IMG/VR virus record: IMGVR_UViG_3300044712_000688
Location: 64,001-128,000 of that record
Source of the DNA: a virus
DNA: 64,000 nt
Direction: 5' to 3' (one strand)
Shown here: piece after piece, positions 8,001-16,410 of the stretch
How positions within the stretch are numbered: the stretch's first letter is position 1
How the letters are laid out: every line of letters begins with the position of its first letter
Made by a program: the position numbers and the translations under genes
The notes under the pieces: generated by a model
What the model saw: the letters and a program-made list of their open reading frames with translations, nothing else
Told to the model about the DNA's origin: nothing
Database searches by the model: none

Positions 8001-9761
8001 TTGGGAATTTTTAAAAAGAACAACAAAAATGCTCGCGGTAGAGCATTGGCTGCTGGGTTGCGTGCATCTACTCCCCGAAGTGCAACCCCTATCGCTCCAG
8101 GCATCTCTGTAGACTCGTTCGGTCTGGTATATGCAGAGCCTGCATCCTACAATGCACCTCGCCCTCTTACTGCTGCCGCTGCTCAGATCCGAATCGGCGA
8201 CAAAACTGAAGCGGAAATGTTTAAGAATCGTCGTCAGTCAGCTGCGACTGCATGGCAAGCCGAAGCATGGGAGTACTACGATGCAATTGGTGAAATTAAA
8301 TATGCGTTTAATCTTGTGGCGTCTGTCGTATCACGTATCCGCCTTTACGCTGCTGCTGTAGATGACCCATCGGAAGCTCCAGTACCAGTTGATCTCTCAA
8401 AGATTGTTGATCCTCAGCTGGCATCTGCTGCTCAGCGTGCGCTATCTCGTCTTGACTCAGCTTATGGTGGTCAGGCAGGTCTTCTAAAGGACGCAGCCCT
8501 AAACTTGCAGGTCACTGGTGAGTGCTACCTAGTTCAGGTTCCAGAGCGTATTGGTTCACAGATTCCAGAGTCGTGGGATATCCGTTCCGTAGACGAACTA
8601 CAGCTTGACTCACGTGGAAACTACACCATCAACCCGATTCGTGACGCTAGCGGTTCTTCTTCAGGTCAAGCTGGTAAGAATGCAATCCGTCTACCGTCCG
8701 ATGCGTTTATCGGACGTATCTGGAAAGCACACCCACGCTACTCAATGGAGTCTGACAGCTCGCTACGCGGACTTTTAGATCTCTGTGCGGAATTGTTGCT
8801 ACTTAACCGTACTTTCCGCGCTACGGCCCGTTCTCGCCTCAATGCGGGTGCTTTGTACCTGCCTGACGGTTTGTCTGTTGCAGCTAGCCCTGACCCAGAC
8901 TACCCATACGACGAAGATGGCGAGTACAACGAGCTCTACAACACCGAAGAAGCTGCCGACGACTTTGAGGATCAGCTCATTGACGCGATGACCACTCCGA
9001 TCAAGGACGAGGACTCTGCTTCTGCTGTTGTTCCACTGATCATTCGTGGTCCGGCTGAACTTGGCGACAAGATCAAGCAGTTCAAGTTCGAGCGTTCATT
9101 CGACGCATCGCTAGTTGCTCGTGCTGATCGTGTACTAGAGCGCATCATGCAGGGTCTAGACGTCCCTAAAGACGTTGTGACGGGACTTGCGAACGTTAAG
9201 TACTCCAACGCACTACAAATCGATGAAGCCCTCTACAAGGCGCACATCGAGCCTCTGATGCTACTTATTGCTGACGCACTAACTGTTGTGTACCTGCGTC
9301 CATACCTAATCGCCAACGGCTACGACAAAGATGAAGTAGACCGTATTCAGGTTTGGTATGACCCGAGCCAAGTTGCTACTCGTAATGACCGCGCAGCCGA
9401 TGCTGACTCTGGTTTCGAAAAGATGGCAGTGTCTTTCAACACTTGGCGTCGTGCGCATGGCTTCTCTGAGGCAGATGCACCGAGTCCAGAAGAGTTGGCG
9501 CTACGTCTTGTTGTCGAGAAGGGTATGATCACTCCAGAGTTGACTCAGTCAATGCTAGAAGCGGTTGCACCAGAGCTTAAGGACCTGATCAATGCAGCCA
9601 GCCAAGCAAACTCTGTTGCTCCGATGACACCAGAGATTGAAAACATTCTCGAAGGTGGTCCAGGCACCCCTACCCCAGAGCCATCGGCTGAAACCGCTCC
9701 AGCCGAAGCACCACCTACATCAGCAGCCCCAACTACAGAACCTGAGGTACCAACACCATGA
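8001..9761 (+). CDS. Portal protein
   Basis: Position after terL; WQAEAWEYYDAIGEIKYA and LGLDVP-like motifs typical of actinophage portals; TTG start with GGGAG RBS. Confidence 0.85.
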   Translation: MGIFKKNNKNARGRALAAGLRASTPRSATPIAPGISVDSFGLVYAEPASYNAPRPLTAAAAQIRIGDKTEAEMFKNRRQSAATAWQAEAWEYYDAIGEIKYAFNLVASVVSRIRLYAAAVDDPSEAPVPVDLSKIVDPQLASAAQRALSRLDSAYGGQAGLLKDAALNLQVTGECYLVQVPERIGSQIPESWDIRSVDELQLDSRGNYTINPIRDASGSSSGQAGKNAIRLPSDAFIGRIWKAHPRYSMESDSSLRGLLDLCAELLLLNRTFRATARSRLNAGALYLPDGLSVAASPDPDYPYDEDGEYNELYNTEEAADDFEDQLIDAMTTPIKDEDSASAVVPLIIRGPAELGDKIKQFKFERSFDASLVARADRVLERIMQGLDVPKDVVTGLANVKYSNALQIDEALYKAHIEPLMLLIADALTVVYLRPYLIANGYDKDEVDRIQVWYDPSQVATRNDRAADADSGFEKMAVSFNTWRRAHGFSEADAPSPEELALRLVVEKGMITPELTQSMLEAVAPELKDLINAASQANSVAPMTPEIENILEGGPGTPTPEPSAETAPAEAPPTSAAPTTEPEVPTP

Positions 9762-10213
9762 CCTACGAAAAAAACGGTCTAGCAAAACATTTAGCACACT
9801 TGCTAGCCGATGTAGTTACTCTTGGATTCCTGACTCAGGGATATCACTGGAATGTAAAGGGACTCAACTTCTCTCAGTTCCATGAGTTTTTTGCAGAGAT
9901 TTATGGAGATGTTGATAGCGCGATTGATCCGCTTGCTGAGAACATCCGCAAACTCGGGTATGACTCTCCTTACTTGCTCACTGACTTTGCTGAGCTGACT
10001 TGTATTGTCCGCCAAGAGCGCGAACTCGGTGACGCGGTTTCAATGGTAGAGTCTCTGGCTCGTGTAAACCAGTCAGTGCTTATGTGCTACGAACAGGCCT
10101 TCACCATGGCCAGTGCTTGCAATGAGCAGGGAATTGCTGATTTTGTTGCTGGACGTATTGACATGCACCAGAAGTGGCAGTGGCAGTTGAAATCAACTCT
10201 AGGGGTTCAGTAA
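9758..10213 (+). CDS. dps: Dps / ferritin-like protein
   Basis: YHWNVKG, FHEFF and IDPLAENI carry the Dps ferroxidase His/His/Asp/Glu set; KWQWQL C-terminus; ATGA overlap with portal. Confidence 0.9.
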   Translation: MTYEKNGLAKHLAHLLADVVTLGFLTQGYHWNVKGLNFSQFHEFFAEIYGDVDSAIDPLAENIRKLGYDSPYLLTDFAELTCIVRQERELGDAVSMVESLARVNQSVLMCYEQAFTMASACNEQGIADFVAGRIDMHQKWQWQLKSTLGVQ

Positions 10214-10896
10214 TGTCATACGTTGACGACATCTTCAAAAAGAATAATGGCGAGTACGTATTAGTTCCCGAAGAGGAAGAGCTAGCTAATGCTCTTCAGT
10301 TGATTGCCAACAAGTACGGCAAGTTCAACGATGACAACACCGGAATCTGGGCAGGATACACTCCTGCATCAGAGAACGAAGAGAACGCAGCCATTGGCGT
10401 CAAGTGTGGTAACTGCGTTTTCTTTAATGCACCTAACGGCTGCTCAATCATTGCAGCTGAAGTTGAAGATGGCGGGCTATGCCGTTTCGCAGTTCTGCCA
10501 GATGGTGCAGTGACCGCGACTGCCGGGTCTAAGCCAGCTCCCAAGAAAGACCGAATCAAGGGCTCTGACAAGAACAAAAAGGGATCGGCTGCCGAAGGCA
10601 AGTCTGTGAACTTCACCGAAGAGATTATTACAGCTCTAAAGAACAAACTAGAAACTCACAACAAGAAGGCACCAGACGGTAGGAAAGCTACTATGGCGGC
10701 CCTCAAGGCTGTGTATCGTCGTGGTGCAGGCGCATTCTCTACCTCACACCGACCAGACCAAAACCGCAACTCGTGGGCCATGGCTCGTGTAAATGCATAT
10801 TTGCACTTACTACGCTCTGGTTCTCCTAAAAATTCAAAATATACAACTGACAACGACCTGCTTCCAAAAGCACATCCGAAGTCAACTAGAAAATAA
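10213..10896 (+). CDS. Head-module protein: N-terminal HiPIP-like 4-Cys domain plus basic C-terminal domain
   Basis: AGY...KCGNCVFF..PNGCSII..EV..GGLCRF; C-terminal RRGAGAFSTSHRP..WAMARVN; TAATG coupling indicates start 10213. Confidence 0.7.
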   Translation: MSYVDDIFKKNNGEYVLVPEEEELANALQLIANKYGKFNDDNTGIWAGYTPASENEENAAIGVKCGNCVFFNAPNGCSIIAAEVEDGGLCRFAVLPDGAVTATAGSKPAPKKDRIKGSDKNKKGSAAEGKSVNFTEEIITALKNKLETHNKKAPDGRKATMAALKAVYRRGAGAFSTSHRPDQNRNSWAMARVNAYLHLLRSGSPKNSKYTTDNDLLPKAHPKSTRK

Positions 10897-10911
10897 ATTG
10901 TCCAGTAATAC

Positions 10912-10919
10912 GGTAAAAT
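10912..10919 (+). promoter_or_regulatory. GGTAAAAT late-promoter-like motif
   Basis: One of six intergenic copies upstream of structural genes. Confidence 0.55.
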
Positions 10920-10968
10920 TCTAGTATCATAGCTTAAGCAAATATTGCCCTGCTCAGGAAGGCCTAAA

Positions 10969-13900
10969 GTGAGCTCAGCATTCACTACTCTCATCAGCAA
11001 GATTGAAAACTACTACGCTGATCACGACTACACTACCGAGGATGCCGAGTATCTTTCTCGACTAGCCATCGTTGAGTACGCTAAGGAAAAGAACGCGCTG
11101 GTTGCTTCAGCTCGTCAGGTTCCAGAGACTTCGATTGACAACATCATCGAGACAGCAATCCACTTCAACCTAGATGCTGACCCGAGCGAGTGGATGCTAT
11201 TTGCAGCTAACGCTGTTGACAACGTCCTCAACTACTCCCACCACGGAATCATCGCCTCTGGCCTTGGCGAATACACCGACTTCCTACCTCTAGGACACCC
11301 TTCACGTACTAACCGCGGTGCTATGACCGCATCTGCTCTATCTCAGTTGACTGCCCTCTGGGTGGCCGGAGATCCTCGCATTGCTTCGGAGCAGGCTCGT
11401 CTTGACGTTTACAGTGCATATGCGACCAAGCCTGGGTCAGTAGAAGCCGACTACGCTAGCGCAAAGCTAGGTGCTTTAGTTGCTGCTGGCTATGTCCCAG
11501 AAGACGTAGTACTTCCTGTTACTGCAGCTTTCAAGATGAGCTTCGCTATGCGTTCTGCAATGGCAAAGGCGCTGGCCGCTGTTCGTCGTCGTCACCGTGA
11601 CGGTCGATTCGCGGAAGAGTTCGGACGTCTACGTGGGTTCTTCAAGCGCGGAGACGGAAGCATCTTCTCCGAGGATGGCCGTATTGTTGGTGCGCCAGCT
11701 GGAACTAATAACTTCCAGATTGAGATTAAAGACAGTCCAGAAATTCCTGATGGCATCTACACCATTGACGCTGCAAAGACTGCGCCAGTAAAAGCTATTC
11801 TTTCTAAGCGTGCGCTTTCTAAGGTAAAGGGTCTTAAGGCTAACCGCTCCATCACAAACCCGAGCAAGGCAGATATTGCTTCTGCAATTCCTCTAGAAGA
11901 CTTCCTAAAGACCCGTGCAGATGCTCCAGAGGGCTGGACCAAAAACGAAGACGGTTCTTTCACCTCTAAGACTGGTCAGACCGTAAAGGCAATTACCACC
12001 CAGCCTAAGGGCGACTATATGGTTGAGGGCGCAGGCGAGAGCGGTGCCATTGACCCTAACACCCCGATGTTTGAGATTCGCGATAAGAATGGCGAGCTTC
12101 TAGGTGTTGGTCAGAACTGGGCAGGTCTTAACAAGATTGCTATGACCTATGACGCCCTAAGTGGCGAAGGTAGCAACACTCCAGACGAGCCAGGGCTAGA
12201 CCAGAAGGCTGGTGGCTCTAATCTTGACTCGCTAGTTAAGGAGCTAAAAGACGCTTCGTCTAAGTGGATGGATGAACAGCGCTTCAGCCCAGACGAGTAT
12301 GACGAGGCCACGGATGCAATGCCAGACCCTGCCGTTACTGCTGACTTTATTCTCCAAGCTGAGAAGTCGGGGGACACCTCGGAACTCAAAGGGCTACTTG
12401 ATGCTTATGAGGAAAGGCCATATGCTGAAGTCCTTAAGAAGGCAATTGAGCGTATTGATGGTGAAAAGGGTCTAGACCAGAAGCCGGGAGAAGGCAAGAA
12501 CTGGTATGACAACACCATTGACTTTGACCACCTATCTGATCCAGCTAACTGGAAGGGCTTTAAGGAAGGTACCCATGAGTACGTCTCTCCAGATGGAAAG
12601 CTAGAGCTAACTTGGGAGCCAGACGGTGAGCCAGACATGGGCGATGGCGCTACAGATCTGTCTGGAATTAGTGTTACCTATGATGGTCAGCCAATTGGCT
12701 CTTACTTGGCAAGTTACCGTGATTTAGAAGACGGCGACATCGCAGATGGCCTAAAGGATCTTTTCAAGAAGGAAAGCTGGTTCAGCCCAGACAACCTTGT
12801 TAAGTTCGGCCAGTATGGCAGTGCAGAATACAACAGCCCTGACGGTGGTGGCGTATACGTTGAACCTAAGGGCTCTAAGTATGAAGTTACTAAGTCGATT
12901 CCTCAGGGTATGATTGACGAAAACGTCGAACACTCCTATGAAAAAGTCGAGACCTACAACACCAAGGAAGAGGCCCACAAAGCGGCCGAAGACTTTGCAA
13001 GGTTGCTTGAGGACCCTTCGAAGAAGTATGACCTTCTATACGGGGACTGGAGTGACAGTGACGGTGGCTTTGATCAAGCTCCGGGCGAACCTACAAAACT
13101 AAGCGCAGCTGGTAAGAAGATTGCCAAGGACCTAGGTGACCACAAGTTCTTCCTCGAAGAGGATGCAGACGGAAACTTTACTGGAGGAGAATCAACTTAC
13201 ACTTCTCCAGATGGTCGTGTAGAAGTTAAGTACCGTGACGGCTCTTGGTTTGATGACGAGAAGGGCTACGTTGCTTGGGACGAGATGCAGGTCTCTGTAG
13301 ACGGCAAGCCAGTTGACAGCGTACTTCGCAACAAGCGAGAGTCTTGGCCTGACTTTCTTGACCGTGTTGCTGCTATGGCAGAGAACGGTCTAGAGAACCC
13401 TAACTATGCAGAAGAGAAGAAGGCTAAGCGCGAAGCCGACCGCAAGGCTCAGGAAGACTTCTATAACTCTCCAGAGCAGGTAGAAAAGCGTGCCCGCGCT
13501 AAGTGGGAAAAGGAGCAGGAAGAAGCTGCTCAGGCTCAGGCTCGTGATGCAGCTGACAAAGAAGGTCTACTTAAGAAGGTAGATGATCTAGCAAACAAGA
13601 TCTTCAATGGTGAAAGCGACGACAGCATCTGGGTTGGCGACGAGGACGAAGAAGGCTTCCGCAACTGGGGCGTCTATAACGAAGATGGCGAAGAGGTTGC
13701 GACCGGAAACGCTGGACCAAACTGGGACGCTACTGATATTGCTTCCGAAATTCGTGATGGCGTTAACTCGTACCTAGACAAGAAGATGGAAGAAGAGGCT
13801 GACTTCCAGTCGGGCTTTGACCAGAAGGCTGGCGAAGACAAGGCGGAGGCACCAGCTAAGCCACTATCTGAAAAGCAGATGGAACCAGCTACTGACAAGC

Positions 13901-16392
13901 AGTACGCACTTCTTGAGGAGCTTAACTCAGAGCGTGATGGTATTGACCCAGTCACTCAGAAGGCTATTGACGATGCACTAGCCAACAAGAACCTGACAAA
14001 GGCTCAGATGGCGTCTCTGTTTGGCGACCTTACTAAGAAGCCTTTCAAGCCAAACGTAGACCCTACCAAGCCAACCGAGCGCCAGATCAACTCGCTTCAG
14101 GGCTACCTAACCACCAAAGAACTAACTCCTGACGAGATGAACGACATTCTTGCTCAGCTTGATGCGGGACTAGATCGCGACTCAATCGAAAAGATTACTG
14201 CCAAGCTACGTCGTCGTCCAGACCGTCAGCCGACTGAAGGATTTGACCAAGCTGCCGGAATTGACAGCGAGTTCGATGACGAATACGACTCGGCTCACGC
14301 TGATGTAGAGTCTGCAATTGACCAAGCTCTGGAGGACTACCAGAACTCGCTGGAGGCTGACGGACTATCTGAGGCAGAGATTTCTGACAAGATGGACGAG
14401 GCAAACCAGATTGCCGAGCGTCTGCGTGATTCGTCCAATGTTGCTGACGCACAGGGAGCCGAGCGTGACATTGCTAACGACACCACTGGTGGAATCTTTG
14501 ACAAGATTGTTGAAGACATTCGCACTAACGCAGAGGCTCTAGACTCACGTAAACAGAAGAACCTTGCTGACGCTGATCAGGCGAAGGCAGACGAGGTTCA
14601 GGCTGCGATTGACGGAGACGACTCTAGCTTCCTCGAAGACATCGTAAATGACCCGAGCTACAGCGAGTATCAGTCTCAGATTGAGGATGCTCTCGCTGAC
14701 ATCAACGCACGTAAGGGCGAAGAAGAGCCTGGATTTGATCAGGCTTCTGGTAAGACCATTGCTGATGCATGGGAAGGTCTAGACCAAGATACCAAGGACA
14801 GCGTAGTCGAGTCAATGAGCGACTACCTACTTAAGTTACGTCAAACTAACCCAGACGAGTTCTACGACATGGTTTATGACGTAGCTGTAGATCACCCAGA
14901 TGGCAAGCGTGTGATGCAAAAGCCTCAGAACTATGCCGAGGACTTCATTGACTTCTATGCTAATGAAGACCCAGAGCTGATTGCAGACATGCTTGAAAAT
15001 GCTGGAGTTGATCTTGACGGCTTTGACCAAGCTCCAGGCAAGACTCTATCTCCAAAGATGATGGAGCCAGCTACTGACGCTCAGTACAACTACTTGCAGA
15101 GTCTTTTCGACAGCAAGACTGGAATTGATGACGAGACTGCTCAGGCTGTTAAGGAAGCTCTTGACTCAAAGAACTTGACTAAGGCTCAGGCTGGTGGATT
15201 CATCGGTAAGCTCCGTGACCTTGGTGACAAGGAGAACATGGGCCAGTACGGCAAGCCTTCTCAGAAGATGATTGACTCTGTAAAGCGTGACGTCTACGCT
15301 AAGGGCCTATCTGACGCAGACCGCGAAGAAATTCTTAAGGGTCTAGAGGACAAGTCAAAGGGCGATGTCTCATTTATTATCAGCATGCTGAAAGAAATGG
15401 ATGACGTCGAGGGTGGTATTCCAAAGTACATTGACAGCCTAGTTCAGAGTGGCGACGTAGATGCATTGAAGCGTCTACGTGCTGACGATCGCTATGGTCG
15501 TTGGTCAAGCCAGATGGATGACGCTCTAGCAAAGATGGACTCTGGTAATCAGGGTTTTGACCAAGCTCCCGGGGAGCGCTCTAGCAGCGACCGAGGTCAG
15601 ATGAAGTCAGATCTATCTTCTCTAGCTGAAGAGGTAGAGAACAGCAATGAAATCGGCTACGCATTTCTAAACAAGAACTTCGTTGACGGTCTTGATCTGA
15701 ATGACCCTGACGACGCTTACTACCTACACGCTGAGTTGATGGATGCATACAAAGCAATGCGTCCTAACTCAGAAGAAGGTAAGGCATTGGAAGCTCGTCT
15801 TAAGAAGGCTGCTGATGACCTGCTCAACAGCATCGAGTCAGACCTAGGCCCTATTGAAGCAGCTAAGCGCGACCCAGAAGACATGGGAAGCAGTTTTGAA
15901 TTTGATAGTGCTGTAGATGACCTACCTGACTTCTTTGACTACTACTTCCCGACTGATGCATCATCGGATATGAGAAATGATCCAGATGGTGGTTCAGTTG
16001 GTGATGTTCGAGGTGGTGGCTGGGAAGCTTCTGTACGCTTCAACGAGGAAACTCAGAAGTGGGAAGCCGACATGACTTCGCCAGGATTTGCTTCCGAGAA
16101 CTACAGCGAGTCTTTCGATGACCAAGATGAAGCAGCCGACTGGGTAGCAAATGAGCTTGATCGCCAGAACACTTCAACACGTAATCGTGACACTAATATT
16201 CTTGCTGAAGATGGTCTTGCCGGACTCATCGAGGAGTATGGAGATGATCCAGCAGAACTAGCTGGCGTTCTAGAAGGTGTCATTGGATGGCTTCGAGGTA
16301 CTAACCGTGGACAAGCACAGAAGATTGCAAGTACTCTAGATGACTATGTTACTCGCCTACGCGAGCAGCTGGCCAAAAACCCAAAAGCCTAG
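10969..16392 (+). CDS. Giant acidic multi-module head-associated (polyvalent-type) protein, about 1807 aa
   Basis: Long ORF in head module; GTG 10969 follows CAGGAAGG; eight G[FL]DQ linkers and repeated helical modules. Confidence 0.85.
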   Translation: MSSAFTTLISKIENYYADHDYTTEDAEYLSRLAIVEYAKEKNALVASARQVPETSIDNIIETAIHFNLDADPSEWMLFAANAVDNVLNYSHHGIIASGLGEYTDFLPLGHPSRTNRGAMTASALSQLTALWVAGDPRIASEQARLDVYSAYATKPGSVEADYASAKLGALVAAGYVPEDVVLPVTAAFKMSFAMRSAMAKALAAVRRRHRDGRFAEEFGRLRGFFKRGDGSIFSEDGRIVGAPAGTNNFQIEIKDSPEIPDGIYTIDAAKTAPVKAILSKRALSKVKGLKANRSITNPSKADIASAIPLEDFLKTRADAPEGWTKNEDGSFTSKTGQTVKAITTQPKGDYMVEGAGESGAIDPNTPMFEIRDKNGELLGVGQNWAGLNKIAMTYDALSGEGSNTPDEPGLDQKAGGSNLDSLVKELKDASSKWMDEQRFSPDEYDEATDAMPDPAVTADFILQAEKSGDTSELKGLLDAYEERPYAEVLKKAIERIDGEKGLDQKPGEGKNWYDNTIDFDHLSDPANWKGFKEGTHEYVSPDGKLELTWEPDGEPDMGDGATDLSGISVTYDGQPIGSYLASYRDLEDGDIADGLKDLFKKESWFSPDNLVKFGQYGSAEYNSPDGGGVYVEPKGSKYEVTKSIPQGMIDENVEHSYEKVETYNTKEEAHKAAEDFARLLEDPSKKYDLLYGDWSDSDGGFDQAPGEPTKLSAAGKKIAKDLGDHKFFLEEDADGNFTGGESTYTSPDGRVEVKYRDGSWFDDEKGYVAWDEMQVSVDGKPVDSVLRNKRESWPDFLDRVAAMAENGLENPNYAEEKKAKREADRKAQEDFYNSPEQVEKRARAKWEKEQEEAAQAQARDAADKEGLLKKVDDLANKIFNGESDDSIWVGDEDEEGFRNWGVYNEDGEEVATGNAGPNWDATDIASEIRDGVNSYLDKKMEEEADFQSGFDQKAGEDKAEAPAKPLSEKQMEPATDKQYALLEELNSERDGIDPVTQKAIDDALANKNLTKAQMASLFGDLTKKPFKPNVDPTKPTERQINSLQGYLTTKELTPDEMNDILAQLDAGLDRDSIEKITAKLRRRPDRQPTEGFDQAAGIDSEFDDEYDSAHADVESAIDQALEDYQNSLEADGLSEAEISDKMDEANQIAERLRDSSNVADAQGAERDIANDTTGGIFDKIVEDIRTNAEALDSRKQKNLADADQAKADEVQAAIDGDDSSFLEDIVNDPSYSEYQSQIEDALADINARKGEEEPGFDQASGKTIADAWEGLDQDTKDSVVESMSDYLLKLRQTNPDEFYDMVYDVAVDHPDGKRVMQKPQNYAEDFIDFYANEDPELIADMLENAGVDLDGFDQAPGKTLSPKMMEPATDAQYNYLQSLFDSKTGIDDETAQAVKEALDSKNLTKAQAGGFIGKLRDLGDKENMGQYGKPSQKMIDSVKRDVYAKGLSDADREEILKGLEDKSKGDVSFIISMLKEMDDVEGGIPKYIDSLVQSGDVDALKRLRADDRYGRWSSQMDDALAKMDSGNQGFDQAPGERSSSDRGQMKSDLSSLAEEVENSNEIGYAFLNKNFVDGLDLNDPDDAYYLHAELMDAYKAMRPNSEEGKALEARLKKAADDLLNSIESDLGPIEAAKRDPEDMGSSFEFDSAVDDLPDFFDYYFPTDASSDMRNDPDGGSVGDVRGGGWEASVRFNEETQKWEADMTSPGFASENYSESFDDQDEAADWVANELDRQNTSTRNRDTNILAEDGLAGLIEEYGDDPAELAGVLEGVIGWLRGTNRGQAQKIASTLDDYVTRLREQLAKNPKA

Positions 16393-16410
16393 CCCCCAAT
16401 GAGGGGGCTG
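16380..16410 (+). promoter_or_regulatory. Programmed -1 ribosomal frameshift signal (C CCA AAA plus hairpin)
   Basis: X XXY YYZ heptamer 16380-16386 in frame; stem AGCCCCC/GGGGGCT (16391-16409); -1 frame open from 16344 to 18692. Confidence 0.75.

Noticed and set aside
16391-16409. Hairpin read as a rho-independent terminator of the giant gene
   Set aside because: No U-tract follows, it overlaps the stop codon, and the -1 frame through it encodes the conserved GLDQ linker.
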